From positions 1-26,180 of the forward strand of contig JAYZBQ010000008.1 in the NCBI GenBank assembly GCA_036338695.1: a DNA stretch of 26,180 nt. Direction: 5' to 3'. This document shows, in pieces, positions 8,735-17,749 of the stretch. Both the position numbers and the translations under genes were made by a program. The number at the start of each line of letters is the position of its first letter. Positions within the stretch are counted from its first letter, which is position 1. The notes below the pieces were generated by a model that was given only the letters and a program-made list of their open reading frames with translations, was not told the origin of the DNA and searched no databases. The DNA is from Myxococcota bacterium. GTDB lineage: Bacteria; Myxococcota; UBA4151.

Positions 8735-9879
8735 TGCTCTATTTGTTGCTGTACCCGCTGCACAACGACTACGGATTCTTCAACCTGTTCCGGTATACGA
8801 GCTTCCGTATGATCATGGCGGCGCTGACGGCGCTCGTGGTGGCGCTTTGGCTCTTTCCTGCGGTCATCAAACGGCTGGCAGCGATCGGCACCCAGCCCAT
8901 CCGCGACGATGGGGTCGCCCATCACGTCGAGACGAAGGCGAAAACACCGACCGCTGGTGGCAGCCTGATCATGGCGTCGGTGGTGTTCTCGACCTTGCTG
9001 TGGGGTGACCTGCAGAATCACTACGTGCTGGTCTTGCTCGCTGTGATGACCCTGTTTGCGCTGGTGGGTTGGTACGACGACTGGCGCAAGATGAAGTATC
9101 AAGACACCAAAGGCTTGAGCGGTAAGCTGCGCTTGTTGGTCGAGTTCACGGTCGCCTTTGGCGCGGTCTACTGGCTGACCTCGGTCGGCATGGAGACCCG
9201 CCTCGATCTGCCCTTTACGTCGAGCTGGCAGCCGGATTTAGGCGTCATCGGGACGGTTTTGTTTGGTGGCTTCGTGATCGTCGGGACCGCCAACGCGTGC
9301 AACCTGACCGACGGCTTGGATGGTCTAGCGATTGGACCTGTCTTGATCTCCGCCGCGACCCTTTTGGCGCTTGCCTACATCGCAGGTACCCCGCTCGGCG
9401 TGGTCACCGACTGGGGCGCCGCTGGCGCTCCGTCCGGCGTGGGGGATCCGGCGCAAGCGGTCGTGCTGGCGGACTACCTCAAGATCTTGCGCGTCCCCGG
9501 CGTGGAGGAGGCGGCGGTCGTCGCCGCTGCTTTGCTCGGCGCAGGCATGTCTTTCTTATGGTTTAATGCGCACCCAGCCTCCGTCTTCATGGGGGACACC
9601 GGCTCGCTCGGGCTCGGTGGTGCGCTCGGGTTGCTCGCCGTGATGACCCGCAAAGAGCTCTTCTCTGCGGTCTTGCACGGGCTGTTCCTCTTTAACGCCT
9701 TGAGCGTCATTATCCAGGTCTTCTGGTACAAGCGGACCGGCAAGCGCGTGTTTCGCATGGCGCCCTTTCATCACCACCTCGAGCTCGGGGGTTGGGCTGA
9801 GACCAAGGTCGTGATCCGTTGGTGGTTGCTCTCGATCGTGCTCGCGCTGGCCGCGGTTGCGCTGTTGAAGATTCGCTGA
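8734..9879 (+). CDS. mraY: Phospho-MurNAc-pentapeptide transferase MraY
   Basis: Start reassigned to ATG 8734 (TGATG overlap with murF; MLYLL...FNLFRY). KTPTAGG, YDD, NLTDGLDGL, FMGDTGSL, MAPFHHH motifs. Confidence 0.97.
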   Translation: MLYLLLYPLHNDYGFFNLFRYTSFRMIMAALTALVVALWLFPAVIKRLAAIGTQPIRDDGVAHHVETKAKTPTAGGSLIMASVVFSTLLWGDLQNHYVLVLLAVMTLFALVGWYDDWRKMKYQDTKGLSGKLRLLVEFTVAFGAVYWLTSVGMETRLDLPFTSSWQPDLGVIGTVLFGGFVIVGTANACNLTDGLDGLAIGPVLISAATLLALAYIAGTPLGVVTDWGAAGAPSGVGDPAQAVVLADYLKILRVPGVEEAAVVAAALLGAGMSFLWFNAHPASVFMGDTGSLGLGGALGLLAVMTRKELFSAVLHGLFLFNALSVIIQVFWYKRTGKRVFRMAPFHHHLELGGWAETKVVIRWWLLSIVLALAAVALLKIR

Positions 9880-11138
9880 TGGTCGAGAGTGGCGCTCAAG
9901 GCGTTTTGATCGTCGGCTGTGGTCGCAGCGGGCTGGCCGCTGCGCGGCTGCACGCTCGGCGCGGTGACCCGCGTCCGCTCTGGGTGACGGACGATCAGCC
10001 GGGCGCGCTGCGTGCAGCGCAAGACCTTGGGCTGTCGGTGTGGGGGGGCGACGTCGCTGAGGTCGCCTTCGCCGTTTGGAGTCCGGGTGTGCCCTTGGCG
10101 CAGCCTCTCGCTGAGCGGCTGCGGGCTGCAGGTGTTCGGATTGTCTCTGAGTTAAGCTTTGCGGCGCCCGATCTGCCTCAGGCGATCGTCGTGACAGGCA
10201 CCAACGGGAAAAGCACGGTCTGTGAGCTGATCACCGCCATGCTGCGCGCCGATAACCGGCGCGTCGCGTGCGTGGGCAACGTGGGCGTCCCGGCGTCCGA
10301 TCGAGCGCTCTGCGGGGAGCACGACGAATGGGTCGTCGTGGAGTGCTCGAGTTATCAGCTTGAGCTGCCGTTGGCGCTTGATGTTCGAGCCGCCGTGCTG
10401 ACCAATTTAGCGCCGGATCACTTGGATCGATATGAGCATGTCACGGCCTACTACACCACCAAGTGGTCGATGTTTGAGCAGCTCGCACCTGGCGGGGGCG
10501 CTGTCCTTCCGTACGACCTCGCCGCAGTCGACGCGCTCCCCGAGCGCGCCCCGATCGCAGGGCGCTGCCTACCCGATGCGATGAGCTCGGTCATCGGGTG
10601 GTCTCGAAGTGGGGCGTTAGCTGGTCAGGTGGGTCTGGAGAATCTGGCTCAGGCGGTCGCCGTCGGTCGCATGATCGGCGTGGGTGACGAGGTGATGGAG
10701 CGGGTCGCTGCGACGTTTGAGGGGCTGCCTCATCGGGCGCAGCTCGTGGGCTCATGGGGCGGCATTGCGTACATCGACGACAGCAAGGCGACGAACGTCG
10801 CTGCGGCGATGGCGAGCCTTGAGCGGGTCGACGGCGAGGTCGTCATCTTGCTCGGTGGCGCCGGCAAAGGTGAGGATTACAGCGGGCTGGCTCAGCGCAT
10901 CATTCAGCGCGGCGCCCAGCCCGTCTGCTTTGGCGCGGAAGCCGAGCGGCTGGCAGCAGCCACAGGCGGCCCCGTGGTCAAAGACCTCGCATCGGCTACC
11001 GAGCTCGCTAAGGGGCGCTTGGTCGGTGGCGGGACCATCTTGCTCGCGCCCGCTTGCGCCAGCTTTGATGCCTACGGCTCCTACATCGAGCGCGGGCGAC
11101 ATTTTGCCCAGCTCGCCGAGGGGCAGGTGGCCTCATGA
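9879..11138 (+). CDS. murD: UDP-MurNAc-L-Ala:D-Glu ligase MurD
   Basis: Start at ATG 9879 (TGATG overlap). GCGRSG, SPGVP, VTGTNGKST, ECSSYQL, DHLDRY, DDSKATN, APACASFD...RG. Confidence 0.96.
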   Translation: MVESGAQGVLIVGCGRSGLAAARLHARRGDPRPLWVTDDQPGALRAAQDLGLSVWGGDVAEVAFAVWSPGVPLAQPLAERLRAAGVRIVSELSFAAPDLPQAIVVTGTNGKSTVCELITAMLRADNRRVACVGNVGVPASDRALCGEHDEWVVVECSSYQLELPLALDVRAAVLTNLAPDHLDRYEHVTAYYTTKWSMFEQLAPGGGAVLPYDLAAVDALPERAPIAGRCLPDAMSSVIGWSRSGALAGQVGLENLAQAVAVGRMIGVGDEVMERVAATFEGLPHRAQLVGSWGGIAYIDDSKATNVAAAMASLERVDGEVVILLGGAGKGEDYSGLAQRIIQRGAQPVCFGAEAERLAAATGGPVVKDLASATELAKGRLVGGGTILLAPACASFDAYGSYIERGRHFAQLAEGQVAS

Positions 11139-12256
11139 GCACGCTCGCTGTCTCTGAGGATCGCGTCTGGGGTGATCGCTACCTGGTGGTTGCGGCGCTG
11201 GTCCTCGCCAGCCTCGGGTTGCTCAGCGTCTTCGCCACCACCGGAATTCACAGCGGCGTTGCGGGGCTTCGTTCACAGGCTCAGGGCCTGGTGATCGGCA
11301 TGTTCGCTTGCATCGTGCTGACTCAGATCCCCGCGCAGACGCTCTTACGGTTTGCGCTGCCACTCGCAGGGCTGGCGCTGGCGCTGTTTGTACTGACGCT
11401 TTTTACGGACCTGGGGGTCCTCAAGAACGGCGCGCGCCGGTCGATGAAGCTTGGTCCGGTCTTTGTGATGCCGGCTGAGCTGGCGAAGCCCGCGCTGATC
11501 CTCCTCGCCGCGCGCGTGCTGACGGAGTGGGGTGGCTGGAGTCGCGGTATGCGGTCGGTTTACGGCGCCGTGGCGCTGTCGATTCTGGTGCTCATGGTGG
11601 CGACCAAAGACTTGGGGACGCCGCTCGTGATCGTGATGACACTCGGCGCCATGTGGTTTTTGTCCGGCGCCAAACTGCGCCATGTGTTCGGGGTGATCGC
11701 TGCGGGCGTGGGCGGTGTGGTGGCGCTCATCTTCGTTGCGCCGCACCGGATGCGTTACGTCAGCGCGTGGCTCGATCCCTTCTGCGAGCGCGCCGCAGGT
11801 GATGCGCTCAGAGCCTGCCTCGACGCAAGCGCCGCGCTGCGGGCGAGCTACATGGCGATCGCCGACGGTGGTCTGACCGGGCGCCCCCTCGGGGGTGGTC
11901 AAGGTCCGATGCACCTGCTTGAGGCGCATAATGACTTCATCGGCGCCGTCGTCGCCGAGCAGTTTGGTCTGATCGGCTTTGGTGTCCTGGCGATGTTGTT
12001 CATCCTGGTCATCGGGCGCGCGTTGCGGCTTGCGTACCTGGCAGACGCTCCTGATATCGCCTTGGTGGCAGCAGGGTGCGGCATGGTGATCGGGCTTCAA
12101 GGGTTGGTCCACCTCGCCGTCGTCTCGGGCGCCGTGCCGCCCAAGGGGCTCACCTTGCCGCTGGTGAGCGTCGGGACCTCGAGCTTGGTTGCGACCGGTA
12201 TTTTGCTCGGCATGTTGCTTCGGCTCGGGCGTGAGCAAGCCTGGAGCGAGCGATGA
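11135..12256 (+). CDS. ftsW: SEDS peptidoglycan polymerase FtsW
   Basis: Polytopic membrane protein. NGARR, PAELAK, KDLGT, EAHNDFI, PPKGLTLPLVSxGxSS. Lies between murD and murG. Confidence 0.93.
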   Translation: MSTLAVSEDRVWGDRYLVVAALVLASLGLLSVFATTGIHSGVAGLRSQAQGLVIGMFACIVLTQIPAQTLLRFALPLAGLALALFVLTLFTDLGVLKNGARRSMKLGPVFVMPAELAKPALILLAARVLTEWGGWSRGMRSVYGAVALSILVLMVATKDLGTPLVIVMTLGAMWFLSGAKLRHVFGVIAAGVGGVVALIFVAPHRMRYVSAWLDPFCERAAGDALRACLDASAALRASYMAIADGGLTGRPLGGGQGPMHLLEAHNDFIGAVVAEQFGLIGFGVLAMLFILVIGRALRLAYLADAPDIALVAAGCGMVIGLQGLVHLAVVSGAVPPKGLTLPLVSVGTSSLVATGILLGMLLRLGREQAWSER

Positions 12257-13365
12257 GCCGACTGTTGCTCGCAGGCGGTGGGACCGGCGGGCATCTGTTT
12301 CCAGCGATGGCGGTCGGTGAGGCGTGGCGAGAGGCGTTCGGCGAGGACGCTGAGCTCTTGTTTGTAGGGACGGCAGACCGCATCGAGGCGCACGCCGTGC
12401 CGGAAGCCGGTGAGCGGTTCGAGGCGATCGACGTCTCGGGGATCGTTGGCTTGCGCGGCTGGCGTCGCCTGCTCGGGCTCCTGCGGCTGCCGCTCGCCGT
12501 CCTTCAGGCCCTGCGTATCGTGCGCCGATTTCGGCCGGATGTGGTGGTCGGTGCGGGCGGTTTCGCAAGCGGACCGACGGTCTTGGCGGCGTGGCTCTTG
12601 CGCACCCCGACGGCGATTCTTGAGCAGAACGCCATGCCCGGGGTCACCAATCGCATCCTCGGGCGGCTGGTGGCGCGCGTCTTCACCCATTTTGAACAGT
12701 GTGAGGCTTGGTTCGCTGAGCGCAAGATTCGCCGCTTCGGTAACCCCGTGCGCGCAGCGCAGCTGGCGGCGCTTCAGGATCAGCAGCCCGAGCGTTCGGG
12801 TGAGACCCTCCGGATCTTGGTCATGGGGGGATCGCAAGGCTCTAAGGCGCTCAATGACGGGCTACCTGCTGCCTTCGCTGAACTCGAGGGTTCGACCACT
12901 GCGCTGCGACTTGTTCATCAGTGCGGTCGTCAGGGGGATCCGGACGCGATCACCGCAGCTTATCGCCGCGCCGGCGTGGAGGCTGAGGTGCTCGAATTCA
13001 TGAACGATATGGCGGCACGCTACGCCTGGGCCGATCTGTGCATCTGCCGAAGCGGCGCCATGACGGTCACCGAGATGGCGATCGCGGGGAAGCCCGCAAT
13101 CTTTGTGCCCTTCCCCGCCGCAACCCATGACCACCAGACGCACAACGCGCTGGAGCTGGTCGAGCAGAGCGCGGCGCTGCTCGTTCCTCAAAAAGATCTC
13201 AAATCGAGTCTTGGCCACACCCTTAACGGTCTGTTAAACGATCGCGCCACGTTGGCGGCGATGGGTGAGGCGGCGCGTCGCGTCGCTCAACCACAAGCCG
13301 CCCATAAAATTGTGCGAGAACTGGCCGATTTATCGGGTGTAGGGGGCAAGGGTTCATGGACTTGA
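12253..13365 (+). CDS. murG: Lipid II GlcNAc transferase MurG
   Basis: GGGTGGHLFP, GGFAS, EQNAMPG, GNPVR, GGSQG, RSGAMT, HQTHNA. Confidence 0.98.
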   Translation: MSRLLLAGGGTGGHLFPAMAVGEAWREAFGEDAELLFVGTADRIEAHAVPEAGERFEAIDVSGIVGLRGWRRLLGLLRLPLAVLQALRIVRRFRPDVVVGAGGFASGPTVLAAWLLRTPTAILEQNAMPGVTNRILGRLVARVFTHFEQCEAWFAERKIRRFGNPVRAAQLAALQDQQPERSGETLRILVMGGSQGSKALNDGLPAAFAELEGSTTALRLVHQCGRQGDPDAITAAYRRAGVEAEVLEFMNDMAARYAWADLCICRSGAMTVTEMAIAGKPAIFVPFPAATHDHQTHNALELVEQSAALLVPQKDLKSSLGHTLNGLLNDRATLAAMGEAARRVAQPQAAHKIVRELADLSGVGGKGSWT

Positions 13366-14747
13366 GGCGCAAGGTCAAGCGGGTCCACTTCGTGGGCATT
13401 GGCGGTATCGGCCAGAGCGGTATCGCCGAGGTCTTGCACGCGCAGGATTTTGAGGTGACCGGCTCCGACCTCAACGGCGGCAGCAACATCGAGCGTCTGC
13501 GAGCCAAAGGGATCACCATCACCGTCCCGCACCAAGCACCAGCCGTCGAGGGCGCCTGTGTCTGTGTCGTGAGCACCGCGATCCCTGAGTCGAACCCCGA
13601 GGTGGTGCGCGCACGGGCGCTTGGGATCCCGGTGATCCGTCGCGCCGAGATGCTCGCTGAGTTGCTGCGCCTCCAGAGCGGCCTGTGCATCGCTGGGCAG
13701 CACGGAAAGACGACGACGACGTCGATGGTCGCTGATGTGTTCACTCACGGTGGGGCGGACCCGACGGTGATCAACGGCGGCGTGCTGGCGAGCTTGGGCA
13801 GCAACGCCCGGTTCGGAAAGGGAAGCTACCTCATCTGCGAGGCGGACGAGAGCGACGGCAGCTTTTTGTCGCTCTCACCAACGTACGCCGTGATCACGAA
13901 TCTCGAAGGCGCCGATCATCTCGAGACCTGGCCGGGAGGGATCGAGTCGATCAAAGAGGCCTTCCTCAACTTCGCGAACTCGGTGCCCTTTTATGGTCTG
14001 GTGATCTTGTGTCACGACGACGAGCACTTGCGTGATCTGCTGCCTCGTCTGAAGCGGAGCTACGTCACCTATGGCGTCTCCGCGAGCGCCGATTACCAAG
14101 CCACCGCCATTTACCATGAGGCGGGCTGCGTCTGCTTTACGGTGTCGATTCGTGGCGTGGTTCAAGGCGAGGTGAGGTTGCCGCTGCCGGGACATCACAA
14201 CGTCCTCAATGCGCTCGCTGCGGTCGCCGCTGCCGACGAGTTCTCGATCCCGTTTCCGCAGATCAAAGAGGCGCTCGAGAGCTTCCGAGGCGTCGGGCGG
14301 CGTTTTGAGATCGCCGGGACCTTTGGCGGCGTCACGGTCGTTCACGATTACGGTCACCACCCCACCGAGATTACCGCCGTGCTCGACGCGGCGAAGCAGG
14401 CTTGGCCGGAGCGACCGATCCGAGTCTTGTTCCAGCCGCATCGGTGGTCGCGCCTGCGCGACCAGTGGCAAGCTTTTGGCGCCTGTTTTGATCTGGCGAG
14501 CGACGTCGTGGTGAGCGCTGTCTATGCCGCCAGTGAGCAGCCTCTGGAGGGGTATTCAGAGGCGCGCTTCGTCGAGGACGCTACGGCTCACGGTCACCGT
14601 AGCATGCGCTTTGTCGGCGACGCCGAGGCTTCCGCTCGGCGGCTAGCTTCAGACGCTGAGCCCGGCGACGTCCTGCTGGTGTTTGGTGCGGGTGATATCG
14701 ACCGGCAGGTCCCCCTTCTTTGCGAACTCTTGGAGGCTTCAGCATGA
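13356..14747 (+). CDS. murC: UDP-MurNAc:L-Ala ligase MurC
   Basis: HFVGIGGIGQSG, RAEML, HGKTTTTSM, EADESDGSF, DYGHHPTE, FQPHR, GAGDI. Confidence 0.98.
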   Translation: MDLRRKVKRVHFVGIGGIGQSGIAEVLHAQDFEVTGSDLNGGSNIERLRAKGITITVPHQAPAVEGACVCVVSTAIPESNPEVVRARALGIPVIRRAEMLAELLRLQSGLCIAGQHGKTTTTSMVADVFTHGGADPTVINGGVLASLGSNARFGKGSYLICEADESDGSFLSLSPTYAVITNLEGADHLETWPGGIESIKEAFLNFANSVPFYGLVILCHDDEHLRDLLPRLKRSYVTYGVSASADYQATAIYHEAGCVCFTVSIRGVVQGEVRLPLPGHHNVLNALAAVAAADEFSIPFPQIKEALESFRGVGRRFEIAGTFGGVTVVHDYGHHPTEITAVLDAAKQAWPERPIRVLFQPHRWSRLRDQWQAFGACFDLASDVVVSAVYAASEQPLEGYSEARFVEDATAHGHRSMRFVGDAEASARRLASDAEPGDVLLVFGAGDIDRQVPLLCELLEASA

Positions 14748-15661
14748 GCCAGGCGTTACGAATTATGCCCACCTTATTACCCGCCGAGGACTGGGCGAGC
14801 AGCTTTCAGCGTCAGCTAAGCCACAAGGTGCAGCGCGGCGTGGCGCTGAGCCACTACACGAGCATCGGTATCGGTGGACCCGCGACCCTGTTTGGTCGAG
14901 CGGGCTCGCGTGATGAGCTAGCGCAGATGATCCTGATGGCGAGACGTCACGACGTCGAGGTCCTCATCCTTGACGACGGCCGCCGGCTGTTAGTCGGCGA
15001 TTGGGGCTTTGATGGCTTTGCGGTTCGACTTGAGGGCGAGCTGAACAGTGTCCGGCCGCAGTCGGGCGGTCTAGCGGTTGGCGGCGCGTGTGGCGTCGGT
15101 CGCGTGCTGGAGACCTGCCTGGCTGCCCGCATCGACTGTTCGGTCTTAGCCGAGTTCCAAGGGCAGGTGGGGGCTGCTGTACTGCGCGCCTCGGCGCGTC
15201 AGAAGGAGCGCCTTGCCACGCTGGTGCGTGCCGTCGAGATCGTGGATTGGAGCGGCCGCTGCCAGGTGCTCTCGAGCCTCGATGACTTGCCCGAGCAGGT
15301 CGCAGCGATCACCCGGTTGGATCTGGGCGGACCGGCGATCCTCGACGCACAGGATGTCGCCGACCGAGTCGAAGCTCGCCGGATGCTGCTCGCGAGCAGG
15401 ACGCCATCCTACCAGAACCTAGGCGCCGTCTTACGGCTCGAAGACGGGCAGAGCGCCGCTCGAGCCGTCCAAGAGGTCGGCTTGGCGGGCTTGTCCATGG
15501 GGCCGGTGGCGATCCCAAAGACCCACGCTGACACCGTCATCAATCTGGGCGGCGCAACGGCGCGTGACGTGCTCGATCTGATCGATTGTGTGGCGGCTCG
15601 ACTGTACGGTCGGCTCGAGCTGACCCTCGACCCAGATCTGCGCATCGTGGGGAACCTCTGA
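14744..15661 (+). CDS. murB: MurB-like protein with degenerate FAD-binding and catalytic motifs (possible pseudoenzyme)
   Basis: murB position after murC. LSHYTSIGIGGPA, LLVGDWGFDG, INLGGATARDV and the C-terminal LxLDPDLRIVG match the MurB fold. GxGSN, YRxS, GSxFKN and HANF are altered or missing. Start at ATG 14744 (ATGA overlap, GGAGG RBS). Confidence 0.8.
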   Translation: MSQALRIMPTLLPAEDWASSFQRQLSHKVQRGVALSHYTSIGIGGPATLFGRAGSRDELAQMILMARRHDVEVLILDDGRRLLVGDWGFDGFAVRLEGELNSVRPQSGGLAVGGACGVGRVLETCLAARIDCSVLAEFQGQVGAAVLRASARQKERLATLVRAVEIVDWSGRCQVLSSLDDLPEQVAAITRLDLGGPAILDAQDVADRVEARRMLLASRTPSYQNLGAVLRLEDGQSAARAVQEVGLAGLSMGPVAIPKTHADTVINLGGATARDVLDLIDCVAARLYGRLELTLDPDLRIVGNL

Positions 15662-16386
15662 TGACGAAGCACCCGACGTTATGGGCTCGCGCCGCAGAGG
15701 ACCGCCGCTGGACGACGGTCGTGCTGGCTGTGCTCTGTATTGCGCTGGTCGCCTGGACCTTTCGCGTCGCCGTCGGGGGGAGCCTGTTTCGCCTCCAAAA
15801 AATCGAAGTCGTCGGCGTCGGAGAGCCCCACGCCGAGCTCGTGCGGGTCTACGCAGCGGAACCAAGCGGTCAGTATCTATGGCGAATCCAAGAGCAGCGC
15901 GTGGCGCAGCGCGTCCGCCTGATCCCATGGGCTCGAGCGGTGCGTGTGCACAAGATTTGGCCCGATCGTTTGCGCGTGACGGTGCGTCGTGACGAAGCGG
16001 TTGCACAGGCCGTGATCGAAGGGCGCCTGGTCGAGCTCTCAGCCCACGGTCGTATGATCGGGTTGCGTCAATCGGCGACGGATCAACCGCTCGTCCAAGG
16101 TGTCGATGACGCCGCGTCGCGCAAGATGGCGATGGCGGCGCGCCGCGGGTTCAACGCCGTTCGGTCGGAAGAGGAGCTCTCGGAGCTGCGCGTTCATGAG
16201 CTCGGTGTCTCGGTCTATGACCGCCAAGGCGTCGAGTATCGGCTCGGGCGTGACCGGTTTGAGAGCCGGCTGCGTAAAGCGGAGCGGGTTCGGCACAACC
16301 TGGATAAGCGACGCGTTCGCTACAACCAGATGATCTTAGATGACGAGCGACGGCCAAACCGAGTCGTCGTGCGTCGCGGTACGTAA
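15661..16386 (+). CDS. ftsQ: Cell division protein FtsQ/DivIB
   Basis: Start at ATG 15661 (TGATG overlap). TM segment followed by a POTRA domain (FRLQKIEVVG...PWARAVRVHKIWPDRLRVTV). Immediately precedes ftsA. Confidence 0.9.
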   Translation: MTKHPTLWARAAEDRRWTTVVLAVLCIALVAWTFRVAVGGSLFRLQKIEVVGVGEPHAELVRVYAAEPSGQYLWRIQEQRVAQRVRLIPWARAVRVHKIWPDRLRVTVRRDEAVAQAVIEGRLVELSAHGRMIGLRQSATDQPLVQGVDDAASRKMAMAARRGFNAVRSEEELSELRVHELGVSVYDRQGVEYRLGRDRFESRLRKAERVRHNLDKRRVRYNQMILDDERRPNRVVVRRGT

Positions 16387-16392
16387 GAGGGG

Positions 16393-17652
16393 GTGGATCA
16401 CATGCAGTTCGACGATTTGTTTGTCAGTTTGGACGTTGGATCGAGCAAGGTGGTCGCCACGGTCTGTGGTGAGGTTGAGGGTGACGACCGCTTGCACGTG
16501 CTGGCGAGCTCATCGGTTCCGAGCGATGGGCTCCGGCGCGGGATCGTGATCGATATTCAGCGCACCGCCAACGCTATCCGCCGTGCCATCGAGGACGCCG
16601 AGCTTCAGGCGGGCGTCGACATCGACTCGGCGACCGTCGGCGTCGCCAACAGCAACATCCGAAGCCTGAACTCAGAAGGCGTTGTAGCCGTGCGGGGCGC
16701 TGCGATCACGCCCGCCGATGTGCGCCGCTGCATCGAGGCGGCGAAGACACAGGCGATCCCGGCGGATCGTGAGGTGATCCACTCGCTCCCTCAGAGCTAC
16801 GCCGTCGACAACCACGACGGTGTTCGCGAGCCGGTCGGCATGGCAGGGCGGCGCCTGTCGGCGCGCGTCCACGTGGTGACAGCCGCCATCTCCAACATTA
16901 AGAACACGGTCCAGAGTATCAAGGCGGCTGGCTATGAGGTGGAGGACATCGTCCTCGAGCCGCTCGCGTCGGCTTACAGCGTGTTGCACAATGACGAAAA
17001 AGACCTTGGCGTCTGCGTCGTCGACTTAGGCTGCGGAACCACTGATCTCGCTATCTACTCGGATGGCGAACTCAAGCACACGCAGGTCCTTGAGATGGGC
17101 GGCGAGACCTTGACGCGTGAGCTCAGCGCTGAGCTGCTGACGCCGCTCGTCGACGCCGAGCGCATCAAGTGCGAGTGGGGTGTGGCGGTGGCGCACCGTG
17201 TCGAGGAGGGCGACTGGGTCGAGATCCCGTCGGTCGGTGGGCGTGCCAGCCGCAAGGTGGAGCGTCGACGCATCGCTGAATTTATTGAAGACCGCTTGGG
17301 GCGGCTCTTTGAGCGGATCCTGCACGCGCTGCAGCAGAGCGGTTACAGCGACCGGCTCGGTGGCGGCGTGGTCATCACAGGCGGCGGCGCCAACCTGCGT
17401 GGCTTAGCGGAGCTGGCCGAGCGGGTCTTGCATCTTCCCGTGCGGCGGGGCGTGCCTCACAACCTGGCGCAAGAGCGCGGGGTTGGCCCTGAGTCGGCTG
17501 TCGCCATCGGTCTGTGTCAGTACGCTCGGCATCACGCGGATGACGTCGGGGTGACCTTTAGGCGGCATCGGCATGTGGACGGTGAAACCACTGGGTTCTT
17601 CAAGATTTCCAGGCGTTTGAAAGAGATATTTTCGGCCTCACATCAAGGTTGA
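16393..17652 (+). CDS. ftsA: Cell division protein FtsA (canonical copy)
   Basis: LDVGSSKV, GLRRGIVID, 1C domain HSLPQSYAVD...EPVGMAGRRL, EPLAS, DLGCGTTD, GVVITGGG, amphipathic tail FFKISRRLKEIF. The start could also be ATG 16402. Confidence 0.97.
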   Translation: MDHMQFDDLFVSLDVGSSKVVATVCGEVEGDDRLHVLASSSVPSDGLRRGIVIDIQRTANAIRRAIEDAELQAGVDIDSATVGVANSNIRSLNSEGVVAVRGAAITPADVRRCIEAAKTQAIPADREVIHSLPQSYAVDNHDGVREPVGMAGRRLSARVHVVTAAISNIKNTVQSIKAAGYEVEDIVLEPLASAYSVLHNDEKDLGVCVVDLGCGTTDLAIYSDGELKHTQVLEMGGETLTRELSAELLTPLVDAERIKCEWGVAVAHRVEEGDWVEIPSVGGRASRKVERRRIAEFIEDRLGRLFERILHALQQSGYSDRLGGGVVITGGGANLRGLAELAERVLHLPVRRGVPHNLAQERGVGPESAVAIGLCQYARHHADDVGVTFRRHRHVDGETTGFFKISRRLKEIFSASHQG

Positions 17653-17749
17653 GGCGGATCGAGTTTAAGCGAGGCCCGGGTTGGGCCGTCGCTTGGTGGA
17701 GAGCGGCGCACGGAGCGCCACGGGTATGATGAAAGGAACGGCAGCCCCC

